From Octopus sinensis (taxonomy: Eukaryota), in NCBI RefSeq assembly GCF_006345805.1, contig NC_043001.1:5952001-6016000 (forward strand): a DNA stretch of 64,000 nt, given 5' to 3'. Below are positions 1 to 13,538 of this stretch, in pieces (the first letter of the stretch is position 1; each line of letters starts with the position of its first letter). Position numbers and translations under genes: made by a program. Below the pieces are notes generated by a model. It saw nothing but the letters and a program-made list of their open reading frames with translations, was not told the origin of the DNA and made no database searches.

Positions 1-588
1 TCCTCGCGCTTGATACAGCCTTAAGACATTTATTGGATGGTCGTTGACTCTCAAAAGTTCCCACGCCCTTTCACGGGTTCCGTTCCTGTGATTATTACAG
101 TCTAGTCCGTATTGCACATATCTCACTTGACCTTCAGACTAGTAAAATAGTGGGAAACCTTGAGTGGTTCATTCACTAATGTTATATCGTCTGAAGAATT
201 GAATACATGATGATGATTATGATGAACCGGATAGCCAAGAATATTACGGACTACACAGTAATGACCATAGAAATACGAACTGTGATCTTAAAATTCACGT
301 AAATGCATGAAACGATTATAAATCCAATTTTTGGATTATTGTTATCGTTATTATTATATTTTTCCTATATTATCCTATATTATAACAGTAATACTTCATG
401 CAACCCAGAAAAACTGACTCACTACGCGACATCATTAGACGGTGGCCGGCATAATGGGATAGGGTCTTTATTTGCATATTCAACGTTACCATATATAAAT
501 TTAAAAGGATATGCATGTGTGTGTGTTGTATAATGTACATCAATACATATACAAATACGGATATATGTATATATATATATAATATATA

Positions 589-620
<32 letters not shown>

Positions 621-1440
621 AATGGATGGATGGATGGATGGATGGACGTCTCTATGTGTGTAGTTATACAGAGATAAGTGACACAAACCATCAGATAATA
701 TATATTGATAGTAAGAAATGAGGAGTCTGTTGACTGTTATTGTTTTACTAGCATTAACGGTAGACAGACACGCTTTGCAGAAATATCCCCAAACACTTTA
801 CCATTAAAAATTCCCATTTTACATGTAATTTTTTTTACTTTGTGTATTTCAGTATCCGGTTGCTTATTTTCTGTATGTATCATTCGTATTTCAATGTGAT
901 TGTTAATTAAGAATCACAATTAATGTAAAGCAAATATTTCATTAATCACTTCTGCTGTGTCTTTAATCGATTCTAGCTGAGAATTTAATGTATCTGGATA
1001 ATTATCACTTTTTGGATCACTGCTTAGAGACTTATTACTCGGTTTCTATTTGACATTAATTTCCTTATTAATATGTCATTTATTCATAACTTCCGCAAAG
1101 AATCGTTGTGAAAGTCTTAAAAATACGCTCCACAAACTTTCAGATTTAATATTCGTTTATTAAGTTATTTGAAGAAATATTAATCGTTAGATTAAAATAT
1201 ATTCATATTATGGAATTGTCTCACAAAATCATGAGAAATATATCGAGACATCAAAGTTGAAGTATACTGTGTGCTGTGTTTACAAGGAATTAAATAACAT
1301 TTCTACTCAGTCCGCCTAATTCTGTAGCCCGATATCCGAACCACAGTGAAACTGCATGAATGTATTACATGGGATTAGTAACTATACGTAAAGGCAGGCA
1401 TTAACGTCTGAATAATATTTTATCACCTACTTTAAATATA

Positions 1441-1617
1441 TTCGGGCGAAGGGATAAGTTGGTTATATTGACTCCAGTGTTCAACTCGTACTTTATTTCA
1501 TCAACCCCGAAAATAGTAAAAGTTAAAGTTGAATCCGGTGGGATTTGAAATCCTTAAGACGGACGAGAGGCCGCGAGGCATTTTGCCCGGGTTGCTAACG
1601 ATTCAGCCAGCTCGCCG
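1441..1617 (-). mobile_element. tRNA-derived SINE, family 1 (degenerate copy)
   Basis: Reverse complement starts GGCGAGCTGGCTGAATCGTTAGCA (Pol III A-box-like), has a B-box-like GATTTCAAATCC, and shares its body with copies at 34591, 38001, 54596, 54795, 57636 and 61300. Confidence 0.75.
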
Positions 1618-2642
1618 TTTTACATACCTAAAATACTCTGCAACATTTTGTACATCTCATATCAACAAGGGCAAGAGGATGTTTTGCTGATGAATAAAAT
1701 ACAAAATGGGATCGAAACACAATCTTTGACTCACTTCTCTGATTGTTTGTCTGCTTTGTAAAGAAAGAGATATGGAATCATATTATTGGAAGCATGCAGT
1801 ATTTATAAAACCTTCTGCCATCATCGGTTTTAACGAAACTGAACATTAAATTTCAAACATAACTGAAATAACATATTCCATATTCCAAATGTTTTCTATT
1901 ACAAGAAAACATTTGTCAACAATAGAACTTCATTTCTCCATCGCTTCCAGTTAAACATGAAAGCAACAGTAAATTTTTAATTATTTCTTTTGCTATATCT
2001 CAGCATGGAAGTTGAAATATATCTTTCTGAGAGAAAAAAATATGTCCGTTTTGTACAAGCTACTCTTCCGAATACGATGATTTCAAAACGTTAGACTGTT
2101 ACCAGTAATGCGAAACGTATAAGAACCAGTATGTTTCGCGTCATCTGAAGAATAAAGGTAGAAACAGACATTTATAAAGAATTATGGCATCATTACAATT
2201 ATTGCAATTTAACATGCATCAGATTCCTTGATATTTACCAAACAGGAGAAAATGAAACATTTATAAAATTTTAAAAAGTACTTATTACCTGAAAAGGAAT
2301 TAAACAGAGCAAAGTTCTCATTAGTATGACGCCTGTAATATTTTCTCTATAATTTACGATGTCGTGTTTTCATTTTTCACCAAAATGAGTTTCTCGTTGT
2401 CACTGTGTGGCGTTAACACAGAGATTGTTCCCTTTATGTCACTAACGTTTCTCTGTGTCATAATAAGCAATGGAATTATTTCTTATACTGTTTGATTTTC
2501 ACGTAGCACATTCCATCGTATATAGAGATTCCAGGTAGAATTCGGCATGAAAAAGATCATTTCATGGTAAGCTTAAGTATTACTTTATAATTAGAGTTCA
2601 GCAAAGATTTGCTTCACCACATACCGAAGCTTAGAAATGGCA

Positions 2643-2809
2643 GTCAAAAAATCTTAGCTATTCCCTCTACTTTAAAAGGGACTCCCAGAAAAACCAAAGT
2701 ACTTGAAAACAATCCACGCTGGCAAAGGGGAAATAACGAAAATCAATCGATATTAGGTTACCCACGTACGCCCCTTTTAAAGTAGAAGGAATAGCTAAGA
2801 TGTTTTGAC
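2643..2809. mobile_element. MITE-like element with 38-bp terminal inverted repeats
   Basis: GTCAAAAAATCTTAGCTATTCCCTCTACTTTAAAAGGG (2643-2680) matches the reverse complement of 2772-2809 with 2 mismatches; 91-bp non-coding interior; no clear TSD. Confidence 0.6.
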
Positions 2810-2918
2810 ATGTATATATATACATGTAGATGTAAGTACGTACATATATATGTATATATGCATACGTTTTATTTATTAATTTTTTATGATATATATGTGT
2901 GTATGTGTGTGTGTGTGC

Positions 2919-3259
2919 AGAAGTGCAATGCCCCAGTGGTCAGGGCAGCAGACTCGCTGTCTTACGATCGCGGTCTCAATTCCCAGACCGGGATTTATTG
3001 AGCGAAAACACCTAAAACTCCACGAAGCTCAGGCAGGGGTTTGTGGCGAAACCTGCTGTACACTTTCACGACAATTTTCTCACACTATCAAAGGGCCAGA
3101 CTTGTTACATTTTGTGTCACGCTGGATCTCCCCGAGAACTACGTTAAGGGTACACCTATCTGTGGAATACTCAGCCACATACACGTTAATTTCTCAAGCA
3201 GGCTGCTCTGTTCATCGCATCAACTGGAACCCTCGTCGTCATAACCGACGGAGTACCAC
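2919..3259 (+). mobile_element. tRNA-derived SINE, family 3
   Basis: Head GCAATGCCCCAGTGGTCAGGGCAGCAGACTCGC with B-box-like GTCTCAATTCCC; body and 3' end (GACGGAGTACCAC) shared with 44893-45262. Confidence 0.8.
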
Positions 3260-3346
3260 TATACGCACACACACATACATACATATATATATATGTGAAC
3301 ATTTAGTATATATATGTATATATATATATATGTGTGTGTGTCTGTG

Positions 3347-3389
<43 letters not shown>

Positions 3390-3796
3390 GTATAAATATC
3401 AAAGCAATTATTTCTACTTCCTCCTATTTTTTTCCTCTTCTCCTTTCTTCCCTTCTCCAAACTCACAGACACCCCCACACACTCACGCAGACACACAAAA
3501 CAATAATAACAAGAATTCTTCTCTAAACCCAGAAACCATTTGACCACCCCTCATTAAAGACACACACACTCTCTCACAATGATAAAAAGGAAATATAATT
3601 TATGGTCCATCTCCCCGCCATCACACACTCACGAACACTATGAAATGGTCAAAACTTAAATTCTTTTTCCCCAAGATCTTAGACCCCCCTTGGAGTAAGC
3701 ATCCTGTCCAGCAGAAAAAAATTGTCTTCGTCTTCTTCCCTTTCCCTTACCCTCTTTTTCTTTAGCACTCATTCCAAATACAGAAACACACACACG

Positions 3797-3863
<67 letters not shown>

Positions 3864-5251
3864 CTTCTCATCCATCACCCTCTCGTACTGTCTTGTATTC
3901 CTCCCCACCACTACAAACTCACTAACGCTATATAATGGTCAAAACTTTTCACACAGGAACTTAGTTTGATTTGAAAACCCCTCTACAATGGGAGGATGCG
4001 CTAATACATGATCTAAGTTATATGATGTTTAAAAATATGTACTATACAAATAAATATCTGTAAATATACAACCATCCGAATTTCTGAATACCTGATTTCT
4101 TCTCATATAAAATACCTGTACATCATCTCCAAACCTTCCAACACACACATATATATATATACATATATTATATATATAATAATATATATATATATATAAT
4201 CACCATGTTGGACCGCTGAACTCGACAAGTTTTTCTTCTTCATTGTCTCTCTTTAAAGTATTTTATTCCTTTCCGTTGAAGTGCGTAGGCTCGAAGCGTA
4301 AAATACTTTTTTCATGTATCCCGAGGGTCAACTCTCGATTTTCGTTCGTACACCTGTCTTCGTTTTTTGTTTTTCTATGAATTTGAAATACGCACACACA
4401 CATAAGATGTACGCAAGTGCCTAATATATACGACAGGGGATTCGAACTAAAATCCAATGATCGTAATATAATTTGAGAGCTGTAAACCTGAATCGGTGAG
4501 TCCATATATGCTGACCACACTGAAGAATGGTGCCGGCATGTGTAGATGGATATGTGTTTGCAAGATGGACACAGTTTATCGGTGGAATACTGACACTCTA
4601 TTGATCACGATTAATCCTTTTAAGCTATAAAATATAAATAAGTAAAGTGTTTAGTGTGATGAAAATCTATTTATTTAGGAAGATAATTATGAATCTAATG
4701 TTCAATATTGGAAAACAAAACAAGGTTGCAGTGTTAATGGGAAAAAGGACAGTTTCATTGTTTCACGTCATTTATATATTGATTAGATATATTGATTGAG
4801 TGCTTTGGCTTTTTTCTTATAATTTTTATTTAGTTTTATTCTGTATCGTATTACAAGATATCGATTTCTATATTTCAGTGCTTTGCTTTAGATTAATTTT
4901 ATAAATATATCTTTCAAGTAGAGTTAAAACTATACCGATGGCACTTGGGAATAAATTCGCGCTATTCTTCTCTTTCTAGATCTAATTGCTTCCATTCCAT
5001 CGCCAATTCCCTCATTACCAATATCAATCACTGGCAATAACAAAATAAATATCACTATTATTCCGTACTCTCATTTCTTATTTCGTACTTTAACTGCAAC
5101 AATGAGCACATCTGTGTGTTCCAATCTGTCTATTTATTATCTTACTCCATCCATCTCACTCCCTGTATGTGTGTGTGTTTAGATATATATGAGAATATAT
5201 ATATGTATATAGATATACATACATATGCATGTATATATACATATATATGTC

Positions 5252-5296
<45 letters not shown>

Positions 5297-8103
5297 TATA
5301 TAATATATATATATATATATTATATATATATATATATATACTTAAAGTAATATAGGGTAGCAAAATTTTGGAAATTTTTCTACCAGTGCCGTAGCATGTA
5401 TAAAAACCATAGACAACATTTTCCATACAAAATTAAGGAACATTTAATCCCACACATAGGTTTGGAGGTTTTGACTGCTCCTCCTAGCATGTAAGGCGGC
5501 CTGTTAAGGGTCACTTCTTTTTGTGCTTAAATGTATACTAATTTCATATAGAATATATATATATATGTATGTATGTATGTATATGTATATATTATATACA
5601 TGTGTGTGTTTGTGTGTGTGTGTGTTATAATTTAGAACAAACCGTAAAAGTTTGGCAGTATAGTTCTCGGAGTTTCGTCTGTCGGAGCGAAGAACTACGA
5701 TACATTCCGTTTTGATTACCTGCGTATCTACTGTTTTAATAACCTCTAAGGTATTCGGTTTGTCTCTGATATCATTTCAGGAAGTAATGTTAGGTTTTGG
5801 AAAATATAATATGCATAGAGCCATTAGTTCTTTCTAATTCATAATTTCTTATTAGCTCTTTAATATGCAACTTGAATCTAATGCATCTATTAAACACCCT
5901 CAAAACATCTGCCATAGATCTATCATTTCCTACTGTGATAACAACAATATTAATACCTAGTAACTTAGTTTACGAATTTAGAAACAATTTATGTGATATG
6001 TGTATATGTGTGTTCGACAGCAGTAAGCTGGCAGCATCACGGACACACCCGTCAATATGCTGCTAATCATATCGTTCATTTGTTTAATTTCTGCCATGGT
6101 TGAGTTACCTTCTCATTTTTTCTGTGTCGGTAAAATGTGTTACCATTTGAGCAGCTGGACAGATGCAATCGATTAGAATACTCCGACAAAATTTTAGGCT
6201 TTATAACTAAGGCACAAATAATTCGAGATTATTATCGATGTTGTCTTGCTTTTGCAGTTCTTTCCTGGCAAATTTATAACAGTGCCGATGTTGCAAAAAT
6301 GTTGTGGTAACGCTCTTTATTTAGATTTCGAGAACTCTCGCGAGTTCCAAGTAACAGCTTTCTGTAGGTCTATAACTTTAAATTGACGATTATCTTTTGA
6401 ATCCAGTTTGTCGTCTGGATACATAGAGTCACAAACCTCCCGAACGTCAACAACAACTATAAGACATATTTTCTTCAAAAACTAGAATATTTTTAGCTCT
6501 CGTTTCAAATCATTATTATTTATTTATTTCTCTTCTTTATCAGATACTAAGGCATACAATATCGGTGAATAAAGGGATATTTGCTTTCGTTCTTCACACC
6601 CACAATATCTACCTTTCAATGTTTAGTTCATTTATTTCCATGGATCATTAAGTCCTCTCACAATATCTATATATGCTCATTCACTATCACTCCCTCTGCA
6701 GGTTATCCATCCCGCATTTTTATCTAATCTATATGCATTAGAAAATGCGTCCGCCGGGGTTGCTACATAAAATTCCTTCAGTAATACTTTTTAGAAATTG
6801 ACTTTTGGTGCATGAGGGAATTTGAGGTCGCTTCCCTCATCTGCACTTCCTACTGTAATATTGTAATTTTGTCGGAACATGTGCAGTGTTATACATTTTA
6901 TTTAATTGGGTGTGTGCGTATAAGTTACCAATCTCAAGTCGGTTATATATTTCCATGACACTGATATCCCGTCTGTGTAAACTTTTCTTTTAAATAACAA
7001 AGACATACTTATACACTTTCATAACTCTTCGTAACTCTTATTTTCATAACTCTTCATCTGCTTACTTCCAGTTCAACATATAATAAATGGTAATTTGGGA
7101 ATAATTTATTTTATCATATTTATCTTTTGTCGCTAAACAGACCTATCTTTATATTCAAACTTTCTGTTCTGAAAACTTTGAAGTTTTTATTGTTTTCACT
7201 TTTTTTCCTAATTCTTTATTAAAAACACCAAATTGCGTATTGTCATCAGATGTAGCGGAAAGTAACGTGCTATATAATCTATTAACTGTATTCCATATAA
7301 GAATGTCTACGCTTGGATGTTCCATATGCATCTCCTTTCGAATTATGACAATCCATTGTAATTTAGTCGGTTCCAAAGAGACGTTTGCTTTACATTCACG
7401 CCAAATGTTTCCCGAATGCTTACATCAAAACATATTAGAGATTCACTGAAATACGATTGTAGCAACTCTGTCATGTGTACTGTTCTATAAAACGTCTGTG
7501 CAATTATCGTTCAGAGTCTCCATGTAAAATACTCGTTTCTTCAATATTCTATAAGCAGCGATATGTATGCTTGCATTACTTTTATATATTCTTTCCGATA
7601 ATTCTCAATCTGATTGTTTAATTTCAAACAGAGAGAATAATATCGTCCGTTTCTTTCTTCAACCAACCTTCCGTACGAGCTGAAATTACTTGTCCAATCG
7701 GAAACTTTAAGTATCCACCCCACCGCCACAAAATGGTGCGCGTATTGAAGAAATGTTTTAGTCCATATATTTGTTTTAAATTTGAGAAATTCATGTGTCT
7801 CGGTCTTCGAGTAAATTCTTCTTACCCGTCTTAATGTAAATGATTCTTAAAAGCTTCTAACTGTACCGCACCCCACAAACGCATGCACAAATATACAGAT
7901 ACACACACACACACACTCACACACTCACAAACACAATCGCACTCTCATACAGAAACACAAACACTCGCAATGTATTTAAACGAATCAGTTCTCTTATTTT
8001 GAAACTACATGATGAGTGGTACTCACATATATGAAAGCATGTATGTCTTCAGAGGCTAACACATCTATACAATTTAAAGGGCGAACATACACAAGTATTA
8101 TGT

Positions 8104-8543
8104 ATGTGGTAAGAAATTTGCTTTCCAACCAGATGGATTCTGCTTCATCCCCACTGCATTGTACCTTGGTCAAATGTCTTCTACGATAGCCTCGGGTTGA
8201 CCAAAGTCTTGTGAGAGAATTTGCAAGACGGAACTGAAACAATACAGTCGCATGTCAATATATGTGTGTGTGTGTGTTTGTATGTGTGTGTGTGTGTGTG
8301 TGCATGTGTGTGTGTATGTATGTGTGTGTTAGTGTCTGTATTTATGTCTGTCCCCCATCACCAGTTGACAACCAGTGTTGATGAGTGTATGTCTCCGTAA
8401 GTTAGTGATTCGGCAGAAGTGACCCCTAGAATAATAACCAGGCTTAAAATTAGTACTGATGTTTATATATTTGATAAAAAAAATTACACAGCTCTGCCTC
8501 AGCTTGGCAGCGGTCCAGTGACTGAAACAAGAAAAAGAGGAAA
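8104..8543 (+). mobile_element. tRNA-derived SINE, family 2 (old diverged copy with internal TG microsatellite)
   Basis: Colinear with the 62498-62916 copy: TGTGGTAAG head, CTTGGTCAAATGTCTTCTAC, internal (TG)n, 3' GACTGAAACAAG tail. Confidence 0.75.
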
Positions 8544-9620
8544 GTTAAGTGCGCACATAAATATAAATATCAGCATTGTAAAAACAGAGACATATGTAGA
8601 AAGAAGAAACGTAATTTGAAAATATGAAGAGCATGTGTATGTGTGTACGTACGTATGTGTGTGTTTGCATGCAGATATATGTATCTATGTATGTCTGTGT
8701 GTTTTTGTGAATAAAGAGATTAAGAGAGTGAGAACTGCGAACGCTGGAATTTAAGGCCCGTGGGGGTCATCTAACAACTGTCAAAGACAAGAAACATTGC
8801 ATAGTAATGCTCCTGTTTGTCTACGTCCATTGATTACGTTTGAAGTGTAAACGCTGCGCAGACAGAAATCGAAATGCTTGTCCGACAATTTTCTTCTTTG
8901 CCATCTACTTCATCGATTTCTCAAAAAACTTCTGACAAAAGGAAGATGAACAGCATTAAGTCATTATGATACGTTAGGTGACTTTAGTAAAATGGAAAGA
9001 GGCATCGGTAAAAAATTCGAATCGCTTAGTTTAAGTGGTTGTTAGAAATCGAAACAAAAGCTTTTAGAACTTATTTCATTTTCTATGTTTAACAACAGAA
9101 AACTAAAAGAGAAATCATACTCTTATCTGCCATAGAATTCTCAATCAGTTAAAAAAGCTGAAGATTTGTGTTAGATTTATAAGTCCCATATAAGCCGGTT
9201 CTTTCATATAATCGTATGAAATGACAGTAATGGAAATATTATTTGATATAAATTTCATAGATACATAGTTCCAATTTTTCTATATAAGTTATAAATATTA
9301 ATTCTCTGCATTTTGCAAATCCTTATGCTTATAGAAAGATGCGTATTTAAAGAAAATAAGAATCTTCCTTTCAAGTGTCTTTTGCGATAAACGGAATTTA
9401 TCATGGAGTTCTTTGTTTGAATAGAAATAGAGATAAAAATAGTATGATAAGCAATTTAATTTGCTAAAATAACATTTATCCAGCTTTGCAAATACGAATT
9501 GTAAATAAAATTTAGCTAAAGAAACAAGCACACACATATATCTATAAGGTTAAAAATGTCTGTGCGCGTGTGCGTTTGTGTGTCTTTCTGTTTAAGAAAG
9601 TATACATACATACATATATA

Positions 9621-9991
9621 CTCTTTTACTCTTTTACTTGTTTCAGTCATTTGACTGTGGTCATGCTGGAGCACCGACTTTCGTTGAGCAAATTGACCCC
9701 ATGACTTATTCTTTGTAAGCCTAGTACTTATTCTATCGGTCTCTTTGGCCGAACCGCTCAGTTACGGGGACGTAAACACATCAGCATTGGTTGTCAAGCG
9801 ATGTTGGGGTGACAAACACAGACACACAAACATGCATATATATATATATATATACACACATATATACGACGGGCTTCTCTCAGTTTTCGTCTACCAACTC
9901 AACTCACAAGGATTTGGTCAGCCCGAGGCAATAGTAGAAGACGACACTTGCCCAAGGTGCCATGCAATGGGACTGAACCCGGAACCATGTG
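9621..9991 (-). mobile_element. tRNA-derived SINE, family 2 (5'-truncated)
   Basis: Reverse complement matches 62498-62916 from CACATGGTTCCGGGTTCAGTCCC to the GACTGAAACAAGTAAAAGAGTAAAAGAG tail. Confidence 0.9.
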
Positions 9992-10001
9992 TTGATATAG
10001 T

Positions 10002-10480
10002 CTAGTTTCAGCTCATGAGCTGTGGCCATGCTAGGGCACCGCCGTTTGGTATTGCTACCTAATTTTCCTTCACTAATTTTTTTCAGAAATTGACCTTTGG
10101 TGCATGAGGGAGTTTGAGGCCGCTGCCCTCATCTGCACTTCCTGCTATAACGTTGTTCATCTGGGACACTTAATCTGCAACGGTAAAAATTTCAGCTTGA
10201 TTGCTGACTTGAAAGTGTCCTAGGGGTGCAGTGAAAACACTTTTGAATTACATATTTAGTATTTCACTTATCCTCATTGGGTTTCCAGTGGATGAACCAT
10301 CTTTTTCGAGCAGTGGCCCTACCTTGCAGTGCACTGAGGCTGTTTCTTTGTCAAATTTGTAGAAGGCTCTGGGTTTAAGATTTTAATTTGTTTATCGCCT
10401 AGACTTCTTTGTCTACTCTTTCGCTTTCATGTGAAAGATGCAGACTTTTTTTAATCTCCAGCAGTCGTATTTTCAATTTG
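10002..10480 (-). mobile_element. Internally deleted CR1-like LINE remnant (ORF2 linker fused to a 3' tail)
   Basis: Minus-strand translation NPRAFYKFDKETASVHCKVGPLLEKDGSSTGNPMRISEILNM*FKSVFT fits the CR1-clade endonuclease-RT linker (NPKxFY...GPL...EILNxxFxSVFT). The downstream 3' segment recurs at about 6760-6855. Confidence 0.6.
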
Positions 10481-10539
10481 TTTGTTGACGTGATAATGTT
10501 ATCAGAATGTTCAACTTTCTATTTCATCTTCTTCTCATG

Positions 10540-10960
10540 GTAATGAGCATTATTACGGTCGTTTCATATACGCACAACATGTTAGACTGCCTGGAGAAAA
10601 TGGTAATATCGGACTGGAACAAGTATTATTTGATGCCAAAAGCCTTATTAATTATCATAGGTGTTTCTAATAAGATTGTTTTCTGGAGCTGCACTAAATT
10701 AGGTTTCAAACCTAATCCTCAATCGATCTGTTGAAATCTTTAGGGAGAGTTCTTAGTGTAGGGATACATTCTATTCGCTACATACACCACCTCTGTAGCT
10801 CAATAGGTCGGTTCTGGTGATTTGCTAATTTTTTTATACATTTCATTTTATCTTTCTCATTAATTGGGACTGCAAGACAATTGTCCTTGTGTACAACAAA
10901 ATCAGGCGTTCTTGTTTCTAATATTCTGTCAGTGTGAATATTAAAATCCATGACCCTTTC
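10540..10960 (-). mobile_element. Decayed R4/Dong-like non-LTR retrotransposon 3' end (restriction-like endonuclease region)
   Basis: Minus-strand reading DFNIHTDRILETRTPDFVV...LQKTILLETP resembles the RLE segment WDFxIxTDxxIxARRPDIVV...QKxxLLGT; multiple stops and indels. Confidence 0.55.
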
Positions 10961-12549
10961 ATTTCACTTCTGATACCAGTACATGTATCAATTACCTTGT
11001 GAATTTTGACACCATTGGCAATGAAACCTTGACTGTTGTCATTTCTGTTTTCAATAAACCTACTGATTCTCACTTTTACCAACATCCCTCTTTTCTCATC
11101 CAGTCATTCGAAATCGTTTATCCTTTAATTAAAATCTTCACGTTTTGCAGTATCTCTATATCAAGAATCAGGCTTTGAAACGGTGCCACCTAAAGGCCCC
11201 ATGCTCTGTGAATTGTGGCTATTTAACCATCATCGTTGAAAAAGCTGCCCTTTCGGTAGGTTAGGCATGCGTGTGTATTCCATGAATGTACGTTCAAGAG
11301 TTTTAATGATATGTATAGAAATACAATGCTTGCATGTTAATCAGAGTCCATCAAGACGATGCTCAGAATTTGATGGGTCGTAATTAAATGTCATGGCAAT
11401 ATTTCCCCGTGATGTCATAAGACACACACACCCGTGGAGACGCCTTGTTTCTTAAACTAGATTGGAAAGTCACAGTAGTTGCTTGACATTCCTCAGCTGT
11501 AAAGTATTTATGGAACTGCAAAGCCACTACGTATACTCGAGGTAACATTTTACGATTTATAATTTACGCACAGAGAATATTAATTACTGGCTCATATTTT
11601 CAGATATATCAAATTGGTTAAAACGTAAAATACAATGAAAATAATTACAGTGTCTATTTCATGTGTATTTTATGATTTAACTATTCACACCATCAACTTA
11701 AATTTAATGTAAATTTATCAATCTGCTGCCGAATTTACTATTTGATACATTTAATCAAATAGCTAATTGGCAAAGTCTTTAGTGTCGAGATACAATGATT
11801 TGCCGTATTTGTACTGTGTCCTGAGTGCGCAAATATCCATGCGCCCGACTTCGATAGTCATGAGGACGTAGGCGTTACGTTGTTTGCCAAACAGTCTTGT
11901 GTTGAAGTCAATTATTTTCTTCTTTCTTTCAAGCTTTTTCCTTTTAGTTTCAGCATTTCACCAGAAGAAATGTTCGAGAGCAAAATACTCACAGGGTCTT
12001 TTAGCCTTACACAGTTAAAGTTTTAAATGAGAAGCAAACAAATTACTTCTATAGAAGAAACGTATTTGCTAATATGTCAATTTGCTTAAGTTGTTTGATA
12101 TAGAATAAATTTTATAGGAAATATTCGGGTTAATTCTGCAATAAATAGATACACGTGTATCTGTTATCTTCAAAATAATAATTTTATTTTGTAATAACAG
12201 AATTAAAAATAAACTTGCTGTGGTATAATTTAAATACCATTTTTAAATACATGACAAAATTCATAGAAATTCTACTAGTCATTTCCTCAACACTTTCTCC
12301 CAAGGAACAAGCGAATAGTATAAAGCAAAACATGAAGCGTTTCTTTCTAACAGCTTTGAAGATATTTACAACGGACGATAGTCTCAGCAGCACCACCTTT
12401 TCTCAAAATCTCAGAATCTTGCGAATCAATCTAAAAGAGATTACATTCATTTTATTACCATTATTACTATTGCTGTCGTTGCTTCCGCTGTAGTCGCTAA
12501 TGTGGTTGAAGATGTTATTGATGGTGGTTTCTTTGTTATTTGCTTACAT

Positions 12550-12647
<98 letters not shown>

Positions 12648-13319
12648 CCTTTTTTGTTAGTTTTCAATGAAAATATATGAAACATAATGCGAAAACCATT
12701 AGTTTATTATTGAATTCAATTTGTGACATTATATTTTAAAGCCCTCGGTAATTCATGGATGCACGATAGGAAGGAAATACATGTTAGAAAATTTTGAATC
12801 TTTTTAGAAATTTTATGTCAATAGTACAACAACGAATTCTAAAAAGTGAATGGATTTTTCCTTTGATTTAGTTTGAAGATATTTCTTGTAAACTTTCGAG
12901 TGTTTTTGTTTTTCGTGTTGAGGATGAACAAATTATTGAAAATTAAATACAGGACGAAAATAATCATACAAATGATGAACAAACTTGGTTTTGGTGATAA
13001 AACGAGAAAATATATTTATGATATTTTCATAGATATTCTTGGGAAATCAATATTTTGAAATTCTATCCTTCAATAGCAACTCTAACAAACGATTTTATTC
13101 ATTATGTTTAACTTTAATAAATATCACTCGCAAGAAATCAATGCAAAGGAAACGAGGTTTTGTCTTGAAGTATACAATATATTTATATATCGTGATAGGT
13201 TTGTGTTTATCTGATTTCAAGAGCAGCAGATTTAATATAAAACTGGATGAATACAAACTAACTTCAGACACTGTTTTGATATATTAACACGTTATTATTC
13301 TGCACCAAGTTAAAGAAAA

Positions 13320-13363
13320 CAATATTATTATTATTATTATGATTATTATTATCATTATTATTA

Positions 13364-13422
<59 letters not shown>

Positions 13423-13432
13423 GTTGTTGTTG

Positions 13433-13496
<64 letters not shown>

Positions 13497-13538
13497 CAAC
13501 AACAACAATGACAATAATAATGATAACAATAATAATAT
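13320..13538. repeat. (ATT)n microsatellite with a (GTT)n block, switching to (AAC/AAT)n at about 13497
   Basis: Read directly from the sequence. Confidence 0.95.

Noticed and set aside
2110-2175. GCGAAAC/GTTTCGC inverted motif and CTGAAGA...GAAA
   Set aside because: No paired helix II or helix I and no NUH site; not a hammerhead.
3425-4030. Block that looks like an interspersed repeat, with AATGGTCAAAACTT occurring twice
   Set aside because: No second copy, TIR, TSD or coding motif within the window, so it could not be classified.
7205-7260. CTGATGA on the minus strand (similar isolated hits near 16610, 29105, 35245 and 63638)
   Set aside because: Isolated core heptamers without the downstream helix II-GAAA-helix III geometry; expected by chance.
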